Assembly (NCBI GenBank): GCA_003222035.1
Contig: QHUS01000052.1
Location: forward strand, 6,003-70,002
Direction: 5' to 3'
Source of the DNA: Gemmatimonadota bacterium
GTDB lineage: Bacteria; Gemmatimonadota; Gemmatimonadetes; Gemmatimonadales; GWC2-71-9
DNA: 64,000 nt
This document shows, piece by piece, positions 25,732 to 35,077 of this stretch. Within the stretch, counting starts at the first letter, position 1. Each line of letters opens with the position of its first letter. The position numbers and the translations under genes were made by a program. Under the pieces are notes generated by a model that saw only the letters and a list, made by a program, of their open reading frames with translations, did no database searches and had not been told where the DNA came from.

Positions 25732-27722
25732 CGCGAGGGTCCTTTTCCCCGGCGCGGCGTGGCAGGAACGCGCGGCGGCGCGTCGGCACGCCGGCCCGGT
25801 TCGGCCCACAGCGTCACGATGGAGCCGAACGCGGCACTATCGCCGGCCGCGGGCCAGGTGTGCTCCGCCACGCCCCAGCCGCGGAGGGCCACGCGGAATC
25901 CGCGCCGATGCAGCGTGCGGGCGGCTTCGCGCATGCCGACGCCCGTCACGTCGGGGACGGCCAGGCGCGGCGCGGTGCCGGCGCTGTCGGGCCGATACGG
26001 CCAGGGCACCACGTAGGGCACGAGGCCGCCGTCGTCTTCCGCGCGCGTCGCGACCGCGCGCGGCGCGGCGGTCGAGAGCCGGGCGCGGTCGAGCGCCACG
26101 GTGCGGGCCGACAGAGCCTGCTCGAGCATCGACCGCGTCACCGGCGCCGCCGTCTGTGCCGCGAAGTAGCTCCCCTTGTGCGGATTGTCGATTTTCACGA
26201 CGAGCACGAGCTGCGGCCGATCGGCGGGGAACAGCGCGGCGAACGACGCGGTGTACTCGCCCGCCGCATAGCGGCCGTTCACGACGCGACGCGCGGTCCC
26301 GGTCTTCGCTGCCACCGGAAAATTCGTGAGGGCCGCCTCGGTGCCGGTGCCGCGCTCCACGACGCCGCGCAACAGCTGCCGCAGTGTCGCCGCCACCTCC
26401 CGCGACACGACCTGCCGCACCGGCTCGGGACGATGCCGGTACCCCACGCCCAGCGGGGCCCGTGCGTTCCGTACCTCGCGGATCAGCGTCGGCTGCAGCA
26501 GCAGCCCGTCGTTCGCCAGCGCCCCATACGCCACCGCGATCTGGATCGGTGTGACCGAAAGCTCGTAGCCCATCGCGAGGCTCGCTGCGCTCGGTCGCGT
26601 CCACTCGGAGGGTGGGCGCAGGCGGCCGGTGGCCTCGGCCGGAAAGTCGATCCCGGTGTACGCGCCGAACCCGAAGTCCCGGAGCATGGCGTACTGCTCG
26701 GCGGGCGTGAGCCGCGCTGCGAACTTGGCGATTGCGATGTTGCTCGAGACACGGATCGCGTCGGCCAGCGTCAGCGTGGGCTGTGGATCGTCGTCGGTGA
26801 TGGTGCGGCCCAGCACCCGCCACTTGCCTCCCTCCCCCGACACGCGATTCGTGGGTGACACGCGGCTCAACGACAGCAGGGCGGCGGCCGCGAAGATCTT
26901 GGCGAGGGACCCCGGTTCGAAGGTGTCGGTGAACGCGCTGGGGCGGGCGCCGCCGTCCCGCTGCCGGGTCGCGAGCGCCAAGACCTCGCCCGTCCCGGGA
27001 TCGAGCATCACGACGTCACCGCCATCCGCGTCCATGCGGCGCAACGCGTCGTCCAACGCCCGCTGCGCGATCTCCTGCAGCTCCGCGTCGAGCGTGAGCA
27101 CGACGTCGAGCCCCGGCACGGGCGGCGCGATCACGCGCGCCGGTGATTCGTACTCCCGTCCCGCGCGATCCTTCAGGACCACCGCCGCGCCAGCCCGGCC
27201 CACCAGCAGCGTATCGAGGGCTTTCTCGAGGCCCGACGCTCCCTGGCCGTCGTCGGCGAGCCGGCCGATGGTGGCGCGCGCCATGCCGGGATCGGGATAA
27301 AACCGGTTGAGAACGGGCTCGAGGTGAACGCCGCGCAGGTTGCGCAGCGCCTGCACCTCGAGCGCGCTGTAGGGGCCCGCAAAGTATGCGTACCGCCGCC
27401 GCACCGCCTCTTGCCAAGTGCGCGCCGACAGGCCGAGACGCCGGCTGATCAAGGCGCCGTCGGCCGGCGGGTCGCGCAACTCGTTGGGCGCGACGCCGAC
27501 GTGATAAGTCTCCTGCGTGACGGCGAGCGGTGTACCGTGCCGGTCGAACAGCGTGCCGCGACGCGCCGGAAGCACGATCCGCTCGGTACGCTGCGCCTGC
27601 GCCTCTTCCGCCCAGCGGCGGCCCTGGAGGATCTGCACCTGGACGGCGCGGCAAACGAGGAGACCCAGACAGGCGAGCACCCCGAGTTGGACGACCTGGA
27701 TCCGGACCGCGGGCTTCGCCAT
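25728..27722 (-). CDS. ftsI: penicillin-binding protein 3-type transpeptidase
   Basis: N-terminal TM (VVQLGVLACLGLLV), a PBP dimerisation domain, a transpeptidase domain (FEPGSLAKIF matches the SxxK region; KTGTA) and a PASTA-like tail. The start is ATG 27720-27722. Confidence 0.9.
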   Translation of the reverse strand: MAKPAVRIQVVQLGVLACLGLLVCRAVQVQILQGRRWAEEAQAQRTERIVLPARRGTLFDRHGTPLAVTQETYHVGVAPNELRDPPADGALISRRLGLSARTWQEAVRRRYAYFAGPYSALEVQALRNLRGVHLEPVLNRFYPDPGMARATIGRLADDGQGASGLEKALDTLLVGRAGAAVVLKDRAGREYESPARVIAPPVPGLDVVLTLDAELQEIAQRALDDALRRMDADGGDVVMLDPGTGEVLALATRQRDGGARPSAFTDTFEPGSLAKIFAAAALLSLSRVSPTNRVSGEGGKWRVLGRTITDDDPQPTLTLADAIRVSSNIAIAKFAARLTPAEQYAMLRDFGFGAYTGIDFPAEATGRLRPPSEWTRPSAASLAMGYELSVTPIQIAVAYGALANDGLLLQPTLIREVRNARAPLGVGYRHRPEPVRQVVSREVAATLRQLLRGVVERGTGTEAALTNFPVAAKTGTARRVVNGRYAAGEYTASFAALFPADRPQLVLVVKIDNPHKGSYFAAQTAAPVTRSMLEQALSARTVALDRARLSTAAPRAVATRAEDDGGLVPYVVPWPYRPDSAGTAPRLAVPDVTGVGMREAARTLHRRGFRVALRGWGVAEHTWPAAGDSAAFGSIVTLWAEPGRRADAPPRVPATPRRGKGPSR

Positions 27723-27724
27723 CC

Positions 27725-28006
27725 CTAGTGGGACCCGCCCGGCGCCGGGACGAGCACGATCTCGCTGTCGCTCGGCAGGTGCAGGCCCAGACGCACGCCG
27801 CGCGGGACCAGCACGACCCGGCTCTCGGCGACGCGGATGCGGCGCTGGAGGTCGGCCCGGTGACCCTCGAGGTTGGCGCGTCGGGCGCGCAGATCGGCGA
27901 GCTCGCGAGCCGCGCGGTAGGCGGCGGTTTGGCGGGCGTACACGATCCACGTCGTCACGAGAAACGCGACGAGCCAGAGCGCCACCCAGTGGCGGCCTCT
28001 AGCCAT
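27725..28006 (-). CDS. ftsL: FtsL-like cell division protein
   Basis: 93-aa bitopic protein (WVALWLVAFLVTTWIVY followed by a coiled coil LADLRARRANLEGHRADLQRR), positioned between rsmH and ftsI. Confidence 0.7.
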   Translation of the reverse strand: MARGRHWVALWLVAFLVTTWIVYARQTAAYRAARELADLRARRANLEGHRADLQRRIRVAESRVVLVPRGVRLGLHLPSDSEIVLVPAPGGSH

Positions 28007-28913
28007 CGGCGGCCACCTCGAAGGCTCGCAGGCTCGCCGAGCGGGCCCGCGGGTTGGCACGCAGCTCGGCCGCGTCGGGGCGGATTGGCTTGCGCGTGAG
28101 CAGGCGACCCAGGGCGCGCCCGCGGCAGGTGCAGACGGGCTGGCCCGGCGGGCACACGCACGACCGGCTCCAGTCGCGGAACGCGTTCTTCACGATGCGG
28201 TCCTCGCCCGAGTGGTACGTGATCGCGGCCATCCGGCCGCCGGGGACGAGCGTCGCTCGTAGCGCCGGCAGAGCCAGCGCGAGCTGCTCCAGCTCCTGGT
28301 TCACCACGATCCGGAGCGCCTGGAACAGCCGCGCGAAGTCGGATGGCCCCGCGCGCGCGCCCCGGGCCTCCCGAATCGCGTTCACCAGATCGTCGCTGGT
28401 CGCGAACGGCGCGGTCCCCCGCCGCCGCACGATCGCCCGCGCTAGGCGGCGCGCCCGCGGCTCGTCGGCCAGAGTGGCGAACGCGTCGGCCAGCCGCTGT
28501 TCAGGCCACGTATTCAGGAGGTCCGCGGCCGTCACGCCCCGTCCCCCCGCCATCCGCATGTCCAGTGGTGCCCCGGGACGAAAGGTAAACCCGCGCGCAT
28601 CGGTATCGATCTGGTGAGACGAGACGCCGAGGTCGAGCAGGATGCGATCGGGGCGGAACGTTTCGACGGTCCCCAGGACCTTGGCTGATCCGAACGGGCC
28701 GGTCGAATAGCGTATGCCGGTGTCGCCCAAGCGGTCGCGCGCCGCGGCGATCGCCTCGGGATCCCGGTCCACGGCCAGGACCTCGGCGCCGAGCTCCCGA
28801 AACAGCGCCGCGTGGCCCCCGCCGCCGACGGTCGCGTCCACGACGCGGCCCCCCCCCCTCGTCCACTCGCGCACGGCATCGGCCAAGACGGGAACATGGT
28901 AGGTGGCGGTCAA
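27999..28913 (-). CDS. rsmH: 16S rRNA (cytosine1402-N4)-methyltransferase
   Basis: YHVPVLADAV..VDATVGGGGHA..LLDLGVSSHQID..DMRM..ITYHSGEDRIVK. The start is TTG 28911-28913 after a GGGAGGG SD. The longer ORF would run through tRNA-Asp. Confidence 0.9.
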   Translation of the reverse strand: MTATYHVPVLADAVREWTRGGGRVVDATVGGGGHAALFRELGAEVLAVDRDPEAIAAARDRLGDTGIRYSTGPFGSAKVLGTVETFRPDRILLDLGVSSHQIDTDARGFTFRPGAPLDMRMAGGRGVTAADLLNTWPEQRLADAFATLADEPRARRLARAIVRRRGTAPFATSDDLVNAIREARGARAGPSDFARLFQALRIVVNQELEQLALALPALRATLVPGGRMAAITYHSGEDRIVKNAFRDWSRSCVCPPGQPVCTCRGRALGRLLTRKPIRPDAAELRANPRARSASLRAFEVAADG

Positions 28914-28923
28914 TGCCCTCCCG

Positions 28924-28961
28924 AAAAAGACGAAAGCCCCGCCTGCCGTGGCAGACGGGGC
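28924..28961 (-). terminator. rho-independent terminator downstream of tRNA-Asp
   Basis: The minus strand reads GCCCCGTCTGCC-ACG-GGCAGGCGGGGC followed by TTTCGTCTTTTTC. Confidence 0.75.
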
Positions 28962-28992
28962 CGGATGCGTCGTCCCGCGAGGCGGGTTCAGG

Positions 28993-29066
28993 CGGGGCTG
29001 ACGGGGCTCGAACCCGCGACCTCCGGTGTGACAGACCGGCACTCTAACCAGCTGAGCTACAGCCCC
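28993..29066 (-). tRNA. tRNA-Asp (anticodon GTC)
   Basis: The minus strand reads GGGGCTGTAGCTCAGCTGGTTAGAGTGCCGGTCTGTCACACCGGAGGTCGCGGGTTCGAGCCCCGTCAGCCCCG. It folds as a cloverleaf with anticodon loop CTGTCAC. CCA is not encoded. Confidence 0.93.
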
Positions 29067-29083
29067 CTGCGACGGAAGGTCGC

Positions 29084-29112
29084 AATATAGGCCGCCGCGG
29101 AAGTCAATTCAA
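29084..29112 (-). promoter_or_regulatory. tRNA-Asp promoter-like element (TTGAAT-17-TATATT)
   Basis: The minus strand reads TTGAATtgacttccgcggcggccTATATT, ending 17 nt upstream of the mature tRNA 5' end. Confidence 0.55.
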
Positions 29113-29116
29113 TGCC

Positions 29117-30925
29117 TCAGAAATTCTTGCACTTGAACTGTTTCTTCACCTGCGGCATGACCGCCTCGAACTTGGAGACGTTCTGCAGCATCGTGTTGGC
29201 CGTCGGCGGATGCACGCGCGCGCCGAACGTCAGCGCCTCCTTCGTTCGAGCGAGGCGATCGTTGATGACCTTCGCTTCGGTGCAGCTCTTCGACTTGACC
29301 ATCGCGGTGTACGGTGCCGACAGCGATGCGACCGACGAGACGCCGTACCAGAAGCTCCCCTGGAGGCGGATCTGCTGCCGTGGCCCGAGCGTGTCCGCGG
29401 GCGTGCGCGACGCGACGACCTGCACCAGCTGGTCGAGCCACGGGTAGGCCCGGTCGTACGCCCCCGCTTGCGAGATCTTCGATCCCGCGGTCAACATGAA
29501 GACCGATGCGCTGAGCCGGTCGGTCGAATCGGGCGAGGTCAGCGCCGGGGCGATGTACACCTTCGCGCTGTCGATGCGATCGGCGAACGCGTTGCGGAAC
29601 GCCCGCAGGGCGGCGGTGTCGCTCTTGAGCTTGGACGCCTGGGCCGTGTCGTAGGTCGTCCCTTCCACGATGGCGCGCGCTACGAGCAGGGATCCTTTGA
29701 CGTCGGACGGATCGAGTTTCAGGGACTGTTTGTACGCCCAGACCGCCGAGTCCTTTTGACCCCTCAGGTCGTACGCCGAGCCGAGCGCTTTCAAGAAGGC
29801 CGCGGACTTGGGGAAGTGGCGCGCCGCGGCACGGCTGAAGAAGAGGAGCTGCTGTGTGTCGGATAACTGTTGGGACGCGCCGATCGCAGCCTTGAGCAAC
29901 GTCGTATCGGCGAGCTTCGACGTGTCCTTGGTCACCTGCGCGACGAACCCGTCCAGCACGCAGCGCGTCAACTCGCCCTCGATGCACAGCCGCAGCACGA
30001 AGGCGCTCAGCCGCTCGTCGTTCGGGTTCTTGGCGATCCCTTCGTCGAGCACCGCCTTCGCGCGCGGGTACTGTTTCTGCTGCCGCAGCAGCTCGGCGAT
30101 GCCGAGGCGGAGCTGGGTGTTTTGCGGTTCACCCGCCAGCTCCCGGACGTAGGCGTCGATCGCCTTGAGCGTGTCGCCTTTTTGCTGGTACAGGTGGGCG
30201 ATGTTCTCCCACGCGGTCGCATTGAGGGAATCGCCCTTGGCCGCCCGCTGGTACGCCGCGAGCTGGCTGTCCACGCCCAGGTGCTGCGCCTCGTAGATGG
30301 TCGCGATGCAGATGTGCGCAGCCGGGAGGTTCGGCTCGATCGCCATCGCCTTGCGCGCGTCGTCGAGTGCCTTGCCGAACTGGCCTTTCTTGCGCTCGTC
30401 GTCACAGGCGCGCGCCTGTTCCGCTGCACGGATGATGGTGTTGAGCCGCAGCGCGATCGACTCGCCTAACGCCACCGCCGTCCCCGGGTTGCCCCCCGCC
30501 ATCGTGAACAGCGACGCCATGCCGGAGCCGCCGATGTCGCGGACGCGAACCATCGCGGTGAGGTTGCCGCCGCCGCGCTCCAACCATCCAATGGTGTAGG
30601 AGTTGACAGTGAGGAACCGCGCCAGCTGGTTCGCCTGCGTCTCGTCGAGCAGGACGTCGCACGGGTAGTCGGACGCCTTCAGTGCCTCGCACAGCTTGGG
30701 CTTGGGAATGACCTGGACCTTGTAGCGCGCCGTCGAGGCGAGCTTGGTGCGCGCGGCGTCCATCACCGCGACGCTGAACGCCGAGTCACTCTGCGATTTC
30801 ACGAGGAGCGGCAGAACCAGCAGCTTGTCGGTCGGTTGCTGAACTGTCAGTTGCGCCGGAGCCGCGGTGGCGATGCAGCCCAACCCGACCACCCATCGCA
30901 GCAGTCTCACGCGTGCAGTCCTCAC
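29117..30925 (-). CDS. secreted TPR-repeat protein
   Basis: A signal-peptide-like N-terminus (RLLRWVVGLGCIATAAPAQ) and several TPR-like repeats (AHICIATIYEAQH.., AWENIAHLYQQKGD.., LRLGIAELLRQQKQY..). The start is GTG 30925, or more likely GTG 30910, which follows a GAGGA SD. Confidence 0.75.
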   Translation of the reverse strand: MRTARVRLLRWVVGLGCIATAAPAQLTVQQPTDKLLVLPLLVKSQSDSAFSVAVMDAARTKLASTARYKVQVIPKPKLCEALKASDYPCDVLLDETQANQLARFLTVNSYTIGWLERGGGNLTAMVRVRDIGGSGMASLFTMAGGNPGTAVALGESIALRLNTIIRAAEQARACDDERKKGQFGKALDDARKAMAIEPNLPAAHICIATIYEAQHLGVDSQLAAYQRAAKGDSLNATAWENIAHLYQQKGDTLKAIDAYVRELAGEPQNTQLRLGIAELLRQQKQYPRAKAVLDEGIAKNPNDERLSAFVLRLCIEGELTRCVLDGFVAQVTKDTSKLADTTLLKAAIGASQQLSDTQQLLFFSRAAARHFPKSAAFLKALGSAYDLRGQKDSAVWAYKQSLKLDPSDVKGSLLVARAIVEGTTYDTAQASKLKSDTAALRAFRNAFADRIDSAKVYIAPALTSPDSTDRLSASVFMLTAGSKISQAGAYDRAYPWLDQLVQVVASRTPADTLGPRQQIRLQGSFWYGVSSVASLSAPYTAMVKSKSCTEAKVINDRLARTKEALTFGARVHPPTANTMLQNVSKFEAVMPQVKKQFKCKNF

Positions 30926-30945
30926 GTTGCGGTTTGATACCCCAA

Positions 30946-31019
30946 TGGGCGAAGAGGGATTCGAACCCCCGACATCCTGCGTGTAAGGCAGGCGCTCTGA
31001 ACCGCTGAGCTATTCGCCC
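30946..31019 (-). tRNA. tRNA-Val (anticodon TAC)
   Basis: The minus strand reads GGGCGAATAGCTCAGCGGTTCAGAGCGCCTGCCTTACACGCAGGATGTCGGGGGTTCGAATCCCTCTTCGCCCA. It folds as a cloverleaf with anticodon loop CTTACAC. Confidence 0.93.
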
Positions 31020-31034
31020 GGTGCACGGCGGGGC

Positions 31035-31220
31035 CTAAAGGGCGAGGCCTACCGGAAAGAAGACGCAGTATCCCAGGACCAGCAGGATCGGTGCCGCCGT
31101 CGTGGACCCCTGGTGCAACAGCCAGTACCCGACTGCCAGCACGACCACCGCCGCGCCCAGGAACAGCCAGTTGCGAGGTCCGAAATGCAGCCGCGATGCG
31201 ACGACACCCTGATCGGACAT
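31035..31220 (-). CDS. small two-TM membrane protein (61 aa)
   Basis: MSDQGVVASRLHFGPRNWLFLGAAVVVLAVGYWLLHQGSTTAAPILLVLGYCVFFPVGLAL has two clear hydrophobic helices and may belong to the DUF3098 family. Confidence 0.5.
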   Translation of the reverse strand: MSDQGVVASRLHFGPRNWLFLGAAVVVLAVGYWLLHQGSTTAAPILLVLGYCVFFPVGLAL

Positions 31221-31254
31221 AAGGGCAGGAGTTTACGCGGCAATTTCAACGTCG

Positions 31255-32118
31255 TCAAGCAGTTGGATCATCCTCACTTGGCACGGTCCACCCCTCGTCG
31301 AGCAGCGCCCGCCGGGCCCGGTCGCGCCGTCGCCGCAGCCGCACGAGCCAGATCATGGTCAGCCCGAGGATCGCCCACACGAGCCCGACCGCGCCGGCCC
31401 AACCGAGCCAGCCGTACCGCGTCGCGACGTCCTGCTGCCACCGAATCTCGAAATCGTCTTCCGTGATGTGATACGTGTCGCGCAGCGCCGCATCGAACGT
31501 CGGATCCCGCGCGAGGTGCTCGATGAACGGCGCGAGACCGCGATCACCCCCGGCTACGACATTGCCGCCCCCGCCGCCCGCAGCGCTCCACCGTGCGAGC
31601 AACAGCACCGCTGTCGTCGCGAGTGCGTACGCCGTCGTGGCGTCGGGCCGATCTCCGCGCAGCGCCCGATCGAGTTCGTCCAGATCGAACCGCGCGCCTC
31701 GCGCCACCTGCCAGTTCAGCTGCAGGGCATCGAGGCGGTCCCACTCGCCCGCCGCCAGGCTGGCGTAGCCCTCCTCGAACCACAGCGGCAGCGAATGACG
31801 CACGCGTGCCCGCAACGCCAAATGCGCGAGCTCGTGGCGCAGTGCCCCGGCCAGTCGGAGCGTCGGACGGTCGGACAGCAACACCACGACGCCGCGCTCG
31901 GGGAACGCGGCCCCTTCGCTCCACCCGGGCAGCCGTCGGCGTGTCAGCGAATCGAACACGGCGCGGCTCGGGGCGAGGATCAATCGGATCGGGCGATCGG
32001 GCAACGGGCCGACGCCGGGGAACGGCTCAGCCGCGTCGGCCGCCCGGGCGAGCTCGACGGCAAGCGCCTGCTGCGGCGGCCACGCAACCGCAGTCACCCG
32101 GCCCACGGTGACGCTCAT
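31255..32118 (-). CDS. peptidase-MA-like zinc metalloprotease with C-terminal TM anchor
   Basis: HELAHL, with WFEEGYA about 20 residues downstream (gluzincin HExxH..E), and a C-terminal TM (WAGAVGLVWAILGLTMIWLV). The start is ATG 32116-32118. Confidence 0.6.
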   Translation of the reverse strand: MSVTVGRVTAVAWPPQQALAVELARAADAAEPFPGVGPLPDRPIRLILAPSRAVFDSLTRRRLPGWSEGAAFPERGVVVLLSDRPTLRLAGALRHELAHLALRARVRHSLPLWFEEGYASLAAGEWDRLDALQLNWQVARGARFDLDELDRALRGDRPDATTAYALATTAVLLLARWSAAGGGGGNVVAGGDRGLAPFIEHLARDPTFDAALRDTYHITEDDFEIRWQQDVATRYGWLGWAGAVGLVWAILGLTMIWLVRLRRRRDRARRALLDEGWTVPSEDDPTA

Positions 32119-32153
32119 GGGCGCCGCGCCCTGCAGGACCAGCCAGATCAGAC

Positions 32154-33017
32154 TCAGTTGCGCGGCGGCTCCTGTCCCTGGAGAGCCAGCGTGAGCGTGT
32201 CCTGACACTTCTTGCCCCAGGGGTTGAACTTGTTCGCCTTGAATCCCTCTTCCCACGATTGCTTCGCCCGATCCTGATCGCCCGCAAACCAGTAGGCGCG
32301 TCCCAGCTCGTAGTAGGCCTCGATCAGGTTCGGGCCGAGCTTGAGGGTCTTCTGGAAAAACGTCTGCGCGTCCTCGAACATCTCGCGCTGCAGGTAGACG
32401 AGCCCAAGGTAGAAGTGGGCGTACAGCGTCGCCTTCTTGTCGTTGTCGAGGCGGATCGCCTTCGAAAGGTGCTCGATGGCTTCGCCGAAGATGCGCTTCT
32501 TGAGGCAGATGTACCCGACGTTGATGCGGGCGAGGGAGTTGGCGGGCTCCTTCATGAGGACCTTCTGAAACGTGCCGAGCGCGTCGTCGTAGTCCTCATG
32601 CAGCATCTGGCCCCAACCGAGCAGCGACTCGGCCTGCGTCGCGCCGGGGGACAGCTGCAGCGCCTTCTGCAGCGCCTGGATCGCGCCGGCGTAGTCGCCG
32701 AGGGAGATGAGGCTCCATCCCTTTTCGATGAACGTGGACGCACCGATGTGGTCGGCGTGCACAGCGGGTCGCGTGCCGGTGAATTCGGGGGCCGACGCCT
32801 CGGCCGTGGAGGACGCGACCTGCTTGAAGCGCTCGACGAGCTTGCGGACGTCTTCCTTCAGCGCCGACAGCTCGGCAATCAACGCATCCACCCGCTTGAA
32901 GTACGCAATGATCTCGCGCTTCACCGCCTCGCGCTCCGCACCGCCGGTCACCGTGTCGAGGCGCCGCGCGATCTGCTCGTACTCGGCCCGGAGGGCCGGG
33001 AGCGGAGTCTCCGCCAT
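32154..33017 (-). CDS. coiled-coil plus TPR-repeat protein (last gene of the Che/Mgl string)
   Basis: MAETPLPALRAEYEQIARRL.., then TPR repeats (GDYAGAIQALQKALQLSP, YDDALGTFQKVLMKEP, FGEAIEHLSKAIRLD, FEDAQTFFQKTLKLGP). The start ATG overlaps the cheW stop by 1 nt. Confidence 0.8.
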   Translation of the reverse strand: MAETPLPALRAEYEQIARRLDTVTGGAEREAVKREIIAYFKRVDALIAELSALKEDVRKLVERFKQVASSTAEASAPEFTGTRPAVHADHIGASTFIEKGWSLISLGDYAGAIQALQKALQLSPGATQAESLLGWGQMLHEDYDDALGTFQKVLMKEPANSLARINVGYICLKKRIFGEAIEHLSKAIRLDNDKKATLYAHFYLGLVYLQREMFEDAQTFFQKTLKLGPNLIEAYYELGRAYWFAGDQDRAKQSWEEGFKANKFNPWGKKCQDTLTLALQGQEPPRN

Positions 33018-33493
33018 CACGCCTGTGCCGGTTCCCGAACCGCCGTCTCGAGCGCGAGCTTCTCCTTGGACGAGAGGAGACGCGCGGTGTTGAGCACGAT
33101 GATCGTTCGCCCGTCCTTCACGACCAGTCCCGTGATGTACTCCGCCGCGAGACCTTTCACGATGGTCGGCGGCGCCGAGATTTCGGGCGCCGCCACTTGC
33201 AGGACTTCGGTGACCGCGTCGACCACCACGCCCAGCCGTCCCCCCTCCCACTCCAGGATCGCGATCCGCGTCTCCTCACGCAGCGGCGCCGCGACGCCGA
33301 GACGCTTCCGCAGATCCACCAGCGGCACGGGGGCATTCTGATACCGCAGCACGCCTTCGAGAAAGTCCGGCGCCTTGGGGAGCGGCGCGGGCGCCTCATA
33401 GCGGAGAATCCGCTCGACCTGGAAGATGTTGAACGCCAGATCCTGACCGGCCACCTTGAAGGTGACGAGCTGGACGTCGTCGCCTGTCGTCAT
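33017..33493 (-). CDS. cheW: chemotaxis coupling protein CheW
   Basis: LVTFKVAGQDLAFNIFQVERIL..FLEGVLRYQNAPVPLVDLRKRLG..GVVVDAVTEVL. Confidence 0.9.
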   Translation of the reverse strand: MTTGDDVQLVTFKVAGQDLAFNIFQVERILRYEAPAPLPKAPDFLEGVLRYQNAPVPLVDLRKRLGVAAPLREETRIAILEWEGGRLGVVVDAVTEVLQVAAPEISAPPTIVKGLAAEYITGLVVKDGRTIIVLNTARLLSSKEKLALETAVREPAQA

Positions 33494-33918
33494 CCGATCT
33501 TATCTCCCAAGGCATCCAGGTCCAGGATCGGCACCAGGGTGCCGCGACGTCGGGCCACGCCGGAGGCCCAGGGCAGCGACTCGCCGTGCGGTACGGGCAG
33601 GGCACGCTCGCGTACCACGTCGTCGGCGTCGTCCACCTCGAACGCCACCTGGCGCGTGCCCCCGCCCTTTCCGCCGGGCCCCAGCTCCACGAGCACTGCC
33701 GCCCGTCCGCGCTCGGGTGGCGGCGTCCGCTCCCCCAGCAGCGCGCCGAGGTGCACGACGGGAACCAGGCGTCCCCGTAGCGGCGTGAGTCCGCGCATCG
33801 CGGGCAGGGCGCGGGGCACGGAGAGCACTTCGGCCAGGTCTCCGACCTCGAGCACGCGCGCAAGCGGGAGGCCATACTCCTTGCCGTCGACGCGGACCAG
33901 CAGGTAACCGCGGCTCAT
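33490..33918 (-). CDS. CheW-like protein (divergent)
   Basis: LLVRVDGKEYGLPLARVLEV..MRGLTPLRGRLVPVVHLGALLG..AFEVDDADDV; it overlaps the next cheW by 4 nt. Confidence 0.8.
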   Translation of the reverse strand: MSRGYLLVRVDGKEYGLPLARVLEVGDLAEVLSVPRALPAMRGLTPLRGRLVPVVHLGALLGERTPPPERGRAAVLVELGPGGKGGGTRQVAFEVDDADDVVRERALPVPHGESLPWASGVARRRGTLVPILDLDALGDKIG

Positions 33919-33964
33919 GGCTCGCGGCTGAAGCCGCGGCTCGGCCCTGCCGCTAAGGTGGCGC

Positions 33965-35077
33965 TCATTCTGCGCCCCGCACGTTCAATTTGGCTCCCCG
34001 TGCCGTCAGTTGGTCGACCACGCGCTCCGCGATCTCCCCCAAGGGGAAGACCGCGTCTACCCCGCCGATCTGCACGGCGGCCGTCGGCATGCCGGCGATC
34101 ACGGCGGAGGCGCGGTCCTGCGCGATGCCGCCGCCGCCCGCCGCGCGGATCGCGCGTACGCCGTCCGCGCCGTCGCGGCCCATGCCGGTGAGGACGACGC
34201 CGACCGCATGCGGGCCGAACACAAGGGCCACGGAGCGGAACAGTGGATCGGCCGCCGGGCGGACGCCCCAGATAGGCGGCTCCTGGTCGAGCGCGATCGC
34301 GGGGCCATCGGGCGCGCGGACCACCCGCATATGATAATCGCCCGGCGCGACGTACGCCGTGTCGGCGACCACGGGCGTGCCGTCGTCGGCCTCCACCACG
34401 TGGAGCTCGGACAGCGAGTCGAGGCGCTCCGCGAGGGACCGCGTGAAATTCGGCGGCATGTGTTGCACCACGAGCACGGCGGCGCCCCGCCCCGTCGGAA
34501 GCCGCGGGATCAACTCGGCGAGCGCGCGGGGGCCGCCGGTCGACGCGGCCACGGCCACGGCGAACTGGGCCCGCGGGCGGAGCCCCGCTTCGGGCACGCG
34601 GCGGGCGGGCACCGGTGGCCGGGCCATCACGGCGACGCGGGACACGTCGGCCGCGAGGGCGCGGCGCACCGCGGCGCGCAACTCGGGACCCATGCGCAGC
34701 AGCGCCGAGCGGTTCCCTTCGTCGGGCTTGGCGACGATCTCGACTGCGCCCAGCTCCAGCGCGCGGATCGCGGCACCGGTCCCGGGCCCCGCGTGCGCGC
34801 TGACCACCACGATCGGGCGCGGCGTCTCCGACATGATGTAGCCGATCGCGCCCAGGCCGTCGAGCTCGGGCATCTCGAGGTCCATGGTCACGACATCGGG
34901 ATCGAACTGATGCACCTTGCGGACCGCGTCGAATCCGTCGCGGGCGGTCCCCACGACGCGGAACTCGCCGTCCCCCGCGGTATTCGCGCCGCTCAGCACG
35001 TCGCTCAGCACGCGTCGCAGCAACGCGCTGTCATCCACGACGAGAACGCTCGGCCGCCGATCAGAGGACGGTGACAT
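33965..35077 (-). CDS. cheB: protein-glutamate methylesterase CheB (REC plus esterase)
   Basis: [27 protein letters not shown] (REC domain) and [26 protein letters not shown] (esterase domain). The start ATG 35075-35077 overlaps the cheD 3' end by 17 nt. Confidence 0.93.
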   Translation of the reverse strand: MSPSSDRRPSVLVVDDSALLRRVLSDVLSGANTAGDGEFRVVGTARDGFDAVRKVHQFDPDVVTMDLEMPELDGLGAIGYIMSETPRPIVVVSAHAGPGTGAAIRALELGAVEIVAKPDEGNRSALLRMGPELRAAVRRALAADVSRVAVMARPPVPARRVPEAGLRPRAQFAVAVAASTGGPRALAELIPRLPTGRGAAVLVVQHMPPNFTRSLAERLDSLSELHVVEADDGTPVVADTAYVAPGDYHMRVVRAPDGPAIALDQEPPIWGVRPAADPLFRSVALVFGPHAVGVVLTGMGRDGADGVRAIRAAGGGGIAQDRASAVIAGMPTAAVQIGGVDAVFPLGEIAERVVDQLTARGAKLNVRGAE

